From a virus (taxonomy: Duplodnaviria; Caudoviricetes), in IMG/VR virus record IMGVR_UViG_3300038345_000144: a DNA stretch of 64,000 bases. One strand, 5' to 3'. A program made the position numbers and the translations under genes. Shown one piece after another: positions 39,101 to 49,159 of the stretch (its first letter is position 1; each line of letters opens with the position of its first letter). The notes under the pieces were generated by a model that searched no databases, was not told the DNA's origin, and worked only from the letters and a program-made list of their open reading frames with translations.

Positions 39101-40958
39101 CAAAAGAGGAGACTAAAGATGATAACAAATCTTAAGGACTTAATTGAGAATTTAAGAGATAGAGCCGAGATTTTAAGATGTGAAGCGAGGTTACTTAATT
39201 CTCATTATGAACTGGAAGCAAAAAGAAAAGAATATTGTATTCACAGGGCTAACGGATTAGAGAAGTTTGCTACTTGGATTGATAATTTAGCGATTGCCGA
39301 CAAGCGAGAGGCACAGGAAATATTTGACGATGACACTCTTGATTGTTCTAATAAGGTTAGAAAATTAAACCAATTGTTTGCTTACATTAAGCGAAGGGAA
39401 GCGGGGTATTACAATGACATATATTCTTGATAATGCTATTAAGCACTATACTGAAAGAACAGAAAACTTAAAGAAAGACTTACAAAGCCTGAAAGAGAAA
39501 AAGGCGTTAATTGAAAGTAATCCAAGAAATCCGATAGGTATTTATGATGAACCTATCGGTACTTGCACTGCACTTGTTCAAGAATACGACCAGTTAGTAA
39601 GATGGCTTACTGAATTAAAGCAAATTCGAGAACAGTCGAATGAAGGCAAGTGGGAAGTAGTACCTATATACTGTTGTCAATATCCTATTGATGATGCTTG
39701 TGCTAAAGGTAAACACTTTGCCAGTGATGAGTGGTGCTTAACCTGTGAGCATTGGAGACAAGATGGTGTTAGGTACAAATGTCGTAAGTGTGGTAAGACT
39801 TATGATGTAAACCATAATTTCTGTCCTAATTGTGGTTCAGATAACAGGAGTGATGACTAATGGCTACTTGGATTTTGAAAGTTTATATAAGTGAAAATTG
39901 CGGATGTAGTACCGTTGCTTGCTCTGATTGTAAACAGCCTGCTCTTGAGCCTACTTATTATGGAGGATTTGATGATGGAATGACTGATAGAGACCGCTAT
40001 TTTAAGTGGGACCATTCTAAAACAACATCGAACTCTTGCTTATCAAATTTCTGCCCCCACTGTGGAGCACAAATGACAGGTGTAGACTTAAATACCAAAA
40101 TTTATCACAAGGACTATGAAGCAGACCGTAAGGCAATTCAAGAGGCTAAAGAAAAGGGCGAATGGTGGAGATTTATGTAATATGGAAGACGAAAAGAAAG
40201 TTAAGTTAGTAATTGAAATACCTGAAGAACAGTATTCAATTATTTTGGAAACTATTACAGGTATTCGTGAGGAAATGAGAAGAAAGGGATATGCCAAGAA
40301 TGATGTTGTGTCTATTGGTTGGACAGCGATTGCTGATGGTAAAGTTTTACCCAGGGGTCACGGAAGGCTGATTGACGCAGATAAACTTAATACCAGACCT
40401 AATTACGGTAATAACTCAACTCGTACAATGTGGTATAACATTGAGGCTATGGTAAATAAAGCACCTACGGTATTAGAGGCTGATGTATGAGCGACCATAA
40501 AAAGCGTAAATTGATAATTGAGGTTGATGACGAAACCCTTAACTATTGTGAAAGGTTCCGTTCTGTTGATTATCGCTGGGTAGATAATTTGCACGAATAT
40601 GATATGGCACAGGCAATTCTTAATGGTATTCCTATACCTAACGAGGTGTCAAATAATGAGTGATAGTAAGAAAGTTCAAGTTGTCATTGAGTTAGATGAA
40701 CTTATTTATAAGGTACTCAAGGACTATACACCCGTGCAGTCTTGCTGTACTGAAAATGCACGACTGGTTCTCGCCGTTAAAGAGGGCATACTTCTACCTG
40801 ACGGCGATTTAATAAGCCGTGAATATTTAGAAGACGCATTTGATAATTTGTGTTGCCACAATTGTAAGATGTGTCGAAATTTTAGAATAGAAGATAGTTT
40901 TTACAAGTGTGCTTTAATTGATAACGCCCCGACAATACAAAAGAAAAAGTTAAAATGA
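36125..40958 (+). CDS. Array of about 16 small phage genes (Zn-ribbon, DUF551-like, LIDAD/NAPT-type modules)
   Basis: Overlapping start/stop codons; recurring CSxCG..CPxCGAxM, WVPVSERLP, IDNAPT, WLTELK, KLVIE motifs. Confidence 0.7.
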
Positions 40959-40996
40959 GTAGCGGTAAAGAAGAAAAAGTAAAGTAAATCTCCCTC

Positions 40997-41026
40997 TTTA
41001 CAAATATATACTAAATTAGGTACAAT
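40997..41026 (+). promoter_or_regulatory. sigmaA-type promoter
   Basis: TTTACA-N18-TACAAT followed by a leader duplicated at 35426. Confidence 0.65.
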
Positions 41027-41058
41027 GTTGTTATCAAATAATAAAAGGAGATAACACA

Positions 41059-42784
41059 TATGATTATGAAGATTAGACAGATGTTCTGCAAGCACGATTA
41101 CGAGTTATGCAGAAAGGTACAGCCCTTTCATAATTTAAGTGGTGAACAACTTTATAAGCGTTGTACGAAGTGCGGTAAGGTTATTAAGGATAGATTTGTC
41201 TCCACTGAAGAGATGTGGACAATGTATCAGTAAATAAAGGAGTATTACAAAATGACTAATAAAGATAAGTTTATGCAGGTATTTGGAGAAGAGCCTGATA
41301 CCGACGTTTGCCCTGTCGGTTGTCGTACCGATTGTCCTTGTTTTTCAAAGTGCAAGGGAAGCGGAAACGGACGAGACTGGTGGAATAGCGAGTACAAGAG
41401 AAAGAGGAAAAACTGATGACACCTGAAAATGAAAAAATCTGTCCGTTAGTTAACGGTAAATGTATTGGTACTGCGTGTATGGGTTGTAAAGAGGATATAC
41501 GGGGCGATATTAACGGTCTTATTATTCATCGAGAAACGTATTATACCTGCAAATTATTTGATGTAGAGTTAAACATTAAGGGTGCAGAGTAATGACTAAT
41601 GGTGAAAAGTTATTGTCCGTTTTTGAAGGGGCAACAATATATGGAACATATAAAGAGAAAGGCATAATCAAAGTCTGTGTTGATAACTTTTATATCGTTC
41701 CATTTGATTTGGACTGGTGGAACCGAGAATATGATGGATAACGAACCAATACAGATGATATTTAGGGGCTATAACAAGGGACACAAACTTCTGTTTTATG
41801 AGTGTCCTCGATGTGAAGCCCCTTATGATAGTTTTTACTTTAAGACCGCTAAACTTAAACCTAATACAGTTATAACTTGTGATTGTTGTGGCATAGATAT
41901 GATTGTGCCAAAATATAAGAATTTTAGGAGGGCAATTAGAAGATGAAATGTGATAACTGTCCCTTATTATATAGGCAGTGCTACTATGAAAGTTACGAAA
42001 TTGACGAATATTGTCAGGCAGGCATTGAAGACGATGATTTGGTTGAATTCAAAGACCTGTCAGTAGGTTGTAGGATGCCCAGAAATAAGATTGATAAGAT
42101 TGCTCGTCAGATAGCACAGTGTCGTAGGTGTAAGCACTGGATGTCAGAAAGCCCTGATAGTGGCTGTATTACCTGTAAAGATAATAAGAATTTTGAGCAA
42201 ATATAAATGGAGGATTTCAAAATGAATGATACTGACTTTCGTAGGTCCGTAGAGGCTATTGACTCTGTTATTCAGCCTCTTCTTCCGTTTTTGGAAGAAA
42301 AGACAAGAACCAAGATTGAAGATGGGTTGTATGAAATCCGCACAAATCCCCCAAGACCAGAGGGCGAGTGGGTTGAACAGACATATCGAAGATTACTCCC
42401 CCGTGATGTTCCCCCTGATTATAACGATGATACTTATAATGAACAGGACCACTCCGTAGAGGACACCGAGATTGTATGTTCCTGCTGTGGTGAAAGAGAG
42501 CCTATGCTTGGTGGTAAGGCATATTGTGGTTACTGCGGAGCAAAGATGAAGAAGGAAGTTAGATATTTACCCAGCGATGAAGAGTGAATTAGACACTAAA
42601 GGAGGCTCAAAAAATGACTAATGGACAAAAATTTCAAAAGGTCTTTCCTAATACAACGGCTAACCCTAATGCTTTTGGTCAAATGTTTGTACTGGTTTCA
42701 GGAAAATTTGATTGTTATGTTGATAAGGAATGGTGGTATGCCGAGTATAAAGGCAACTCCAAGAAAAAGGTTGATAAAAAGTAA
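41059..42784 (+). CDS. Operon of eight small genes (41059-41232, 41252-41416, 41416-41592, 41592-41741, 41731-41946, 41943-42206, 42207-42587, 42614-42784)
   Basis: Read manually; several are under 60 aa and missing from the ORF track; translationally coupled, Cys-rich. Confidence 0.65.
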
Positions 42785-42811
42785 AAACCCTCGTAATGAG
42801 GGCTTTATTTA
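42783..42811. terminator. Bidirectional terminator between convergent blocks
   Basis: AAAAACCCTC-GTAAT-GAGGGCTTTATTT. Confidence 0.65.
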
Positions 42812-43564
42812 TTACTTACACCACTTACACTTACAATATGTGTCCTTAATGAAGTAATTAGCGTAGTGCTTATACTTCTTATAGCGATTAGGGTTTTTGG
42901 TATGATACGAAATGCTGTTAAAGTACAGTACATTATGAGGTATCTTACCCTGCTTAATCTGCTTATAGGCAAGCAAGATTGCTAACTGGGCTTTCTTATC
43001 GTTTGCTCTACCTGACCTATCCTTCTTTAAGTCATAAAACTGACCTGGCTCGTTGATTACGCCCTTGATAGAATTCTTAAATTGCTTACAATGCTTTCTA
43101 TTCCAGATAACCGCCGCAACCAAAATCTTATCATTCATTTGAGTGCCTGCTTCGTGGGTAATAACTTCGGTCATCATCTTATATTCCTTGACCGAAATAC
43201 CGACCAACTTTGCCTTTTCTTTGATAGACAAAGCATTTAGTTCCTTTTTAGACATATTCATTACGGTTTTCTTCTGAACTGGGGTTTCTTGTAAATCTCC
43301 TACCAATTCATTCAAAATCTCAACATCTCCGAACTCATCATTGGTCTCTCCCGAACTCTCGGAGGTTCCTGTGGTACTCTCGGAAGGGGTACTCTCGTTT
43401 GGCACTGACTCGGAGGGTAATTCACTCTCCGTAGTTTCCGTTATTTCTGTTGTGGGTGCTGGTTCTGGCTGTTCTGACGGATTAGTTGTCCTAACTGCGT
43501 GTAGTGGGTGTGCTAAAAACAGCATAGCCAGAGCGTAGGTCATTACAGTCTTTGTGTTTAACAT
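42812..43564 (-). CDS. SleB/CwlJ-like cell wall hydrolase (Hydrolase_2)
   Basis: Signal peptide, S/T/E/P linker, ITHEAG, VAAVIWNR, VINEPGQF, VLYFNS. Confidence 0.85.
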   Translation of the reverse strand: MLNTKTVMTYALAMLFLAHPLHAVRTTNPSEQPEPAPTTEITETTESELPSESVPNESTPSESTTGTSESSGETNDEFGDVEILNELVGDLQETPVQKKTVMNMSKKELNALSIKEKAKLVGISVKEYKMMTEVITHEAGTQMNDKILVAAVIWNRKHCKQFKNSIKGVINEPGQFYDLKKDRSGRANDKKAQLAILLAYKQIKQGKIPHNVLYFNSISYHTKNPNRYKKYKHYANYFIKDTYCKCKWCK

Positions 43565-43732
43565 AATTTCTCCTTGTTTAGTGGTTTAACAACCCTCTTA
43601 TTATACTACATATTCGTATAAAAAGTAAAGTATTGTCAAGACATCTTGATAGTTACAAAGAGGCTTAACCAATTAAAAACGACCACTCCGAAAAGCAGTC
43701 GTTTTCACAAATTCTACCAAAAGGTAAAAGTA

Positions 43733-46135
43733 TTATGGGACAATAGTAGTGAGCCAACGGAGACCATCTTCCGTAAGAACAACGCCGTCACGCAACAGGT
43801 CTTGCCTATCGTAGAAGTTAATATCCTCGATAAGTTTATGCTCGAACTTTTTAAGCGGAGCCATAATAGCGTCATCTTTATATTCAGATATAGTAACAAC
43901 ACACTTCTGCATAACTTCCTTTATCTTACTAAAGTTGTGTTCAATGTCTGCGATGTTTGCCATATCGACAATAGCGATAGATACCGTAGGATAGGTCTCA
44001 AACCTTGTTACCGCCAGACTGCCTCCGAACTTATCATAGTCCTTTTCAAACATATTATCGTCCGTAGGCTTCTTAATCAGACAGTTACCTGCCATTAAGT
44101 CCTTATGCAAGTTCTTGGTCAAATCAAGGCTTGAATAAACGGTATCAATCAGTCCTCGAATATCTTTGACATTGTTAATTGTCTTTTTATTCTTCAAAAC
44201 CGCTACGGTACGGGCAAGGATTTCCCTGCTGTAAATAGAAACACCGAAACGGTCTCTTGGAATAATAACAGTGATTGGTGTTGTGATGTGTTCTTTCTCT
44301 CTGACTGTATCTTTGTCGGGGTGTCGCCAAACTCTACCAAATCTCTGAATAAGGAGGTCAATAGGGGCAATAGCCGTGAACATTCTATCCAAGTCAATAT
44401 CCAACGACTGCTCGATAATTGAGGTAGCCGTAAGTGTGAGCCTCGGAGGTCTTTCTGTTCTGTCCTTACCCAGAATATCAATGATGTCTTTGGTCTTTTT
44501 CTCTTTATGCTCTACGGTATCACGACCATTGAACATCATTACATTAGGCAAGCCAATCTTCTTTGCCTCGTCATAAAGTCTCCAAGTCTTATCAACCGTA
44601 CTCTCGATATAAGCCGTACAACCGTTATAGTTAGTTGCCATAAACTTATTCCAAGTCTCTTCGTAGTCATCTGTTTCGATAACATCAATATTGAAGGTAC
44701 GCTCATCACAGGAAACCTCGGTAAATGCCATACCATTAGCCACACTGTATGTGGTAATAAGAGGATATGCGTCATTCTTTACAAACTGGTCTCTGGTGCA
44801 ACCACTGGCTTCAAGTAACTCTCTCTTGGTTACTGAAGGGAGTGTAGCGGAGAGCAGGATAACAGGAATATCGAGGAACCTGCACCACTGTATAAGCATC
44901 TTAATCTCGGCAATCATATATGAGTCATAGGCGTGAACCTCGTCAATTACGATTACCTTATCAGACAAACCAATAAGTCCAATGCAGGAATATTTCTGGT
45001 AAAGCACGGTCTTGAGGATTTGGTCAACCGTACCTACTGCATAAGGATATAACAAGTGATGTTTTGTCTTATGAGTCCACAAATATTGAGGTATCTTTGT
45101 CATATCGGCATCTGTCCAGATTTCACTACTGTCCAATTCTGGAATATTCATTCCCAGACCGATTTTCTGTGCTACCTTATTCATACGGAGGGACATACCC
45201 TTTGCCGTAGCCATTGTAGGAGTAGCAAGGTAAATACCAGATTTGTTAGCACCAATCTGCTTGGCGGCTACCAGAGAGGCTTCCGTCTTACCACCACCGC
45301 AAGGGTACTCTACAATCATAAGTGAAGGATTAGACTTTGAGGCTTCAATAATCTTCTCCTGCAACTCATTCTTTTCAAAGTCAAAAGCCATATCCCAAGT
45401 AACATTCTTGAGACGGTCTTTCATAGGTACATATCCCAACGCATTATTCTGTATGAAGTTTTTAGCCCATACTCTACGGTCCAGCGAGTTAGTAGGCATT
45501 TTTTGCCAGTTCTCGCCAGATGCAATCCAGTCGGCTGTTACCATAATTGACAGGATAGAATACCAAACTCCGTTATGGAATTTATCAAGGTCAGCAAACC
45601 TGTCGCTGAAACTCCACTCGTTCTCAATTTCCTTAATTAAGGCAAATCCTACCTCTCTCCATTCGGGAGATACCTTATATGAGAAACCGCCCTCTGATTT
45701 AGACTGGTGGTGATATGCCAGTATGTCGGCAAATCGTTCAGCCTCAAATGAGAAGTCCTTTTCCTCAAAATAATCTTTAAGTATTTCTCTTGAGAACCTT
45801 TCGTGTCTAAAGCCGTCATAGTCTCCGTCTTTTGCAATACCACGCTTCTTGAAGTCTTCCCAAAGTTTATCAAGTTCAGGGTTCTCTTGGCATTTAGGGT
45901 ACATCTTACCCATAAAGAACGGATGAGCCTTACCTAAATCGTGGCAGGCACACAAGAACGAAATAGAACTAACTACCTCTGGGAAAGGTAATTTAACCTT
46001 ATCAGCGATAGAATGAGCCATATTAAACGCCCTACCATATTTCATTAGGGTCTCTGCAATACAGCCAACATCAAGCAAGTGATTTAGCAACTTCAAATCT
46101 GGCTTTGCATATAATTCGTCTAATTCTACTATCAT
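43733..46135 (-). CDS. cas3: CRISPR-associated HD nuclease-helicase Cas3
   Basis: HLLDV, HDLGKA, RHE, YHH, ADWIAS; GGGKTEA, DEVH, LSATLP, EQSLDID, QRFGRVWRH; ATG 46135 preferred over GTG 46177. Confidence 0.95.
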   Translation of the reverse strand: MIVELDELYAKPDLKLLNHLLDVGCIAETLMKYGRAFNMAHSIADKVKLPFPEVVSSISFLCACHDLGKAHPFFMGKMYPKCQENPELDKLWEDFKKRGIAKDGDYDGFRHERFSREILKDYFEEKDFSFEAERFADILAYHHQSKSEGGFSYKVSPEWREVGFALIKEIENEWSFSDRFADLDKFHNGVWYSILSIMVTADWIASGENWQKMPTNSLDRRVWAKNFIQNNALGYVPMKDRLKNVTWDMAFDFEKNELQEKIIEASKSNPSLMIVEYPCGGGKTEASLVAAKQIGANKSGIYLATPTMATAKGMSLRMNKVAQKIGLGMNIPELDSSEIWTDADMTKIPQYLWTHKTKHHLLYPYAVGTVDQILKTVLYQKYSCIGLIGLSDKVIVIDEVHAYDSYMIAEIKMLIQWCRFLDIPVILLSATLPSVTKRELLEASGCTRDQFVKNDAYPLITTYSVANGMAFTEVSCDERTFNIDVIETDDYEETWNKFMATNYNGCTAYIESTVDKTWRLYDEAKKIGLPNVMMFNGRDTVEHKEKKTKDIIDILGKDRTERPPRLTLTATSIIEQSLDIDLDRMFTAIAPIDLLIQRFGRVWRHPDKDTVREKEHITTPITVIIPRDRFGVSIYSREILARTVAVLKNKKTINNVKDIRGLIDTVYSSLDLTKNLHKDLMAGNCLIKKPTDDNMFEKDYDKFGGSLAVTRFETYPTVSIAIVDMANIADIEHNFSKIKEVMQKCVVTISEYKDDAIMAPLKKFEHKLIEDINFYDRQDLLRDGVVLTEDGLRWLTTIVP

Positions 46136-46136
46136 T

Positions 46137-46190
46137 TGTTTATACCCCGTAATACAAGGAAAGAAAGCGTCCCCCACCGAAGCGGGGAGT
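46137..46190 (-). repeat. Two abutting CRISPR-repeat-like hairpins in the cas6e-cas3 intergenic region
   Basis: CCCCGC-TTCG-GTGGGG-GACGCTTT then CTTT-CCTTGT-ATT-ACGGGG-TATAAACA, 1 nt before the cas3 ATG. Confidence 0.6.
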
Positions 46191-46195
46191 TAATT

Positions 46196-46777
46196 TTACT
46201 TAACTAACATCAGACCTAATCCGTAGTTCTTCATTCTGCCGACACCGTTAGTAATAAACTCTTCTGCCTTTTTAGCGTCTACTACTCTGATTTCGCCCTT
46301 GAATGATGAAGTCGGAATTCTCTTATTCTGGTTGTTGTCCAAAATAATGTCTGACTGTTTGTACTCGATAGCACCAAGCAACTCAATACCATTCTTTTCA
46401 AAAATGTTCTTCAGCCACTCGTAGCGTCCTGCATAATCCTTGATGTAGTAACGCTTGTTATCGACTACTTTATATGGGAATGTTTGTAAATCAAACTGTG
46501 TAAGTTTGCTGTAATCTCTCTTTGAAATATCAAATGACTTTACTGGGATAAAGCCCACAGCATCGACATTCTCTATATTAAAAGGAGACTGGGACTGGAT
46601 ATACATATAAATCTCGTCCCCATTTGAGATAATCTTATAAAGCAACTTATCTGATGCTCTTGATTTATCCTGTCGTCCAGTAAGCCACTGATGTACGCTA
46701 TTTGTACTCTGGACATTAAGGAGTTTTGGAGCCGTCAAGATAGATTGCCTCGTCATCTTAAGCACAGTCAAATACAT
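46196..46777 (-). CDS. cas6e: Type I-E Cas6e (Cse3)
   Basis: MYLT, N-terminal His (VHQ), C-terminal GVGRMKNYGLGLM glycine loop. Confidence 0.9.
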   Translation of the reverse strand: MYLTVLKMTRQSILTAPKLLNVQSTNSVHQWLTGRQDKSRASDKLLYKIISNGDEIYMYIQSQSPFNIENVDAVGFIPVKSFDISKRDYSKLTQFDLQTFPYKVVDNKRYYIKDYAGRYEWLKNIFEKNGIELLGAIEYKQSDIILDNNQNKRIPTSSFKGEIRVVDAKKAEEFITNGVGRMKNYGLGLMLVK

Positions 46778-47312
46778 TTTCCAAGTCCTCCTCTTTTATA
46801 AGTTCAAATTTAGTAACCAACGGCTTATTAGGTACGCAACTTCTCTTACCAAAGAATAAAGCATAAACAGGGTTTCTCAAAGCCTCATAGATTTCCTTGA
46901 GTATCTTCTCGTCGCCTCCGACATATACTTCAAATTCTGCGTTCTGAAGGTACTGTATCTTCTTAATGATAGCCTCTTCGCTACCCTTACTACCGTCCAT
47001 TGTCTTGAAGGTATTTCTCTTGTAATGCTTGTTCATATAATACTGCTGACTCTTGAGAGGGCTAACAGTCTGATAGTCCTCAAGCAACATAATGTCGTCC
47101 TTGAGTGACTTATACTTAACAACCAAATTATCCTTTAAGTAATTCTGTTGTTCCTTATTGCCTCTCTCAAAGCCCATAGCAGAACCAATGAGTCCAAACA
47201 CGGCTCTCTTTGTAGGGTGTGTTTCCGTTACATAAGAACTTCGTAATGTTGTGGACTGATTAGAAGAAAAATACTGCAATACACCAGACAGATGTATTTT
47301 TAGATATTTCAT
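46758..47312 (-). CDS. cas5e: Type I-E Cas5
   Basis: HPTKRAVFGLIGSAMG, YLQNAEF, NPVYALFFGKRSCVP. Confidence 0.9.
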   Translation of the reverse strand: MKYLKIHLSGVLQYFSSNQSTTLRSSYVTETHPTKRAVFGLIGSAMGFERGNKEQQNYLKDNLVVKYKSLKDDIMLLEDYQTVSPLKSQQYYMNKHYKRNTFKTMDGSKGSEEAIIKKIQYLQNAEFEVYVGGDEKILKEIYEALRNPVYALFFGKRSCVPNKPLVTKFELIKEEDLENVFDCA

Positions 47313-47326
47313 ACATTAGCCCTTTC

Positions 47327-48625
47327 TTAATCTGCAAGTAACGGTTCAATTGCCTTCTTGAGAGTCTTGGACAGTTCCTTAAAGTTCTTAATTCTTGTAG
47401 CGTCCTCAAACTCGCTTGCGAGGTCTGCGTAGTCGGAACCTACCATAATATACTGCTTAATATCACCTGAACGGAATGTGGTGTCGTTAGCAAACTGGGC
47501 AAGTCTCTTGATAGCCTGCTCTGAAATGCTCTCTCCACCTCTGTTTCTGATAACTGTACTCCAGTCAGGCTGAATGTTAGCACCGTCATCAATTACCTCG
47601 ATAAGTACAAAAGCAGGTGCGATGTGTGAAGAAGAACGATGCTGTGTTGCTTCAGGGGTCATTTCAATCATAGCCTGAATGAACTGTGCAGTAGTGTCAA
47701 TAACTGTCTGCTTTGTGTCCTTGTTTTCCTTACCACACTTCTTTGAACCTACGAAAGTATCAAGATTTCTCTCGAACTCCTTGAGGTTGATGTTAGCGTA
47801 TGAATACATAAGGTTAGATGAAAGTGAAAGACCTGTATTGAATGTCTCACCACTTCTCTTCTGGCTCTCTACTTCATTGAAGTCATTGTAAGCACCGAAG
47901 AACGGGTCATCACTGGTAGCACCTGAACGACCTGTGAACTTAACAGTAAAGATGTCGCTTTCAGGCATATACTCGTCTACTGAATAAGCCTGACCCATTT
48001 CCAAAGCACCGTCAACTGTACCAAGTACGCCGTCAGTAGCCATTGTACCGAAAAGTGCTTTTGCGATTGAAAGTGTTACATCATCAAGGGCAACGGTCTT
48101 TGCGACATTTGCCATCTTCTTTGTATCGGAGAAATCCTTTGGACCATTCTCCTTGAGATATGCGATAAATCCATTGATGAGGGCAGAAATCTCGGAGGCG
48201 TTAGTATTAACAATGATGTTCTTACTCTTTTCTTCCTTCTTCTCGGAGGTATCTTCCTCTTCATCTTCAGCCTTCTTCTTCTTTTTAGGCTTCTCGTCAC
48301 CTGTTGCCTTTAATCTGTCCCAACAGTTAGAACCAATGACTTCCTTACTACAAATTGCCTTACCGACGATTTCCTTTTCTTCCTCGGTAATTGTACCATC
48401 AGCAACCTTAACATCAAGACAATTACTAATCAACTTCTCGATATAACCTGTACGGATTTCCTCACAAGCAAGGCTCTCTCTGATTGCTCTCTTCTGGCAC
48501 TGTGATGAGAAACGAACACGGTTAGTACCGCCAATGATAATCTGCTTGGCTTCTCCGTCCTCGCCTCTGTTAAAAGTACCAGGATTGTACTGTTTAAGTA
48601 AATGAATTGCTACAAACTTTCCCAT
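47327..48625 (-). CDS. cas7e: Type I-E Cas7 (Cse4)
   Basis: NRGEDGEAK...GGTNRVRFSSQCQKRAIR, ALFGTM, YSYANIN. Confidence 0.9.
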   Translation of the reverse strand: MGKFVAIHLLKQYNPGTFNRGEDGEAKQIIIGGTNRVRFSSQCQKRAIRESLACEEIRTGYIEKLISNCLDVKVADGTITEEEKEIVGKAICSKEVIGSNCWDRLKATGDEKPKKKKKAEDEEEDTSEKKEEKSKNIIVNTNASEISALINGFIAYLKENGPKDFSDTKKMANVAKTVALDDVTLSIAKALFGTMATDGVLGTVDGALEMGQAYSVDEYMPESDIFTVKFTGRSGATSDDPFFGAYNDFNEVESQKRSGETFNTGLSLSSNLMYSYANINLKEFERNLDTFVGSKKCGKENKDTKQTVIDTTAQFIQAMIEMTPEATQHRSSSHIAPAFVLIEVIDDGANIQPDWSTVIRNRGGESISEQAIKRLAQFANDTTFRSGDIKQYIMVGSDYADLASEFEDATRIKNFKELSKTLKKAIEPLLAD

Positions 48626-48652
48626 AATAATTTAATTTCCTTTCGTGTGTGT

Positions 48653-49159
48653 TTAATCTTCATCGTTGTCTACACTACAACAAATGGTACTTGCCCATTT
48701 CATTCGTGTATTATTACTATTCCAGTTCTTCAGGTCTTTAAGAAGACTGTAATAATCAATTCTTTGATTACCCGCATAAGGTAATGCTCTTCTTGCGAGA
48801 CTTGCAAAGGTCTTATTGAAGTAAGCCGTATTACTATACCTCATTGATAAGAACTTTGTAATAGTCTTCTTACCAGAGTCAGAAGAGTTGATATAGAGAA
48901 GTCGAAGGATTTTTTCAAACGGAACTCTCTTATCACTGCTCTTGTTGCCCTGCTTCTCTGCATTATAGCATAAACCCGCAACTAAAAACTCGAATTCCTG
49001 CTCCCACCTCGGAGTTTCTGGTTCCATAAGTTTTGAGTAGGAGATTAGAGCCTCAATCTGACAAGTATCTAATGACTGCCCGAATGACCTACGAATAGGA
49101 TAATATTCGGATGAGTTATTGATATGTCCACACATACGGGTTACAAAATCATCAGCCAT
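48653..49159 (-). CDS. cse2: Type I-E Cas11 (Cse2)
   Basis: Small helical protein between cas8e and cas7; IDYYSLLKDLKNW; start MADDF with GGGAGG RBS. Confidence 0.75.
   Translation of the reverse strand: MADDFVTRMCGHINNSSEYYPIRRSFGQSLDTCQIEALISYSKLMEPETPRWEQEFEFLVAGLCYNAEKQGNKSSDKRVPFEKILRLLYINSSDSGKKTITKFLSMRYSNTAYFNKTFASLARRALPYAGNQRIDYYSLLKDLKNWNSNNTRMKWASTICCSVDNDED

Noticed and set aside
43565-43732. CRISPR array expected downstream of cas3
   Set aside because: Only a terminator hairpin and the next promoter; no repeats
46136-46177. N-terminal extension of Cas3 from GTG 46177
   Set aside because: Lies in the hairpin region without an RBS; ATG 46135 fits the HD-domain start
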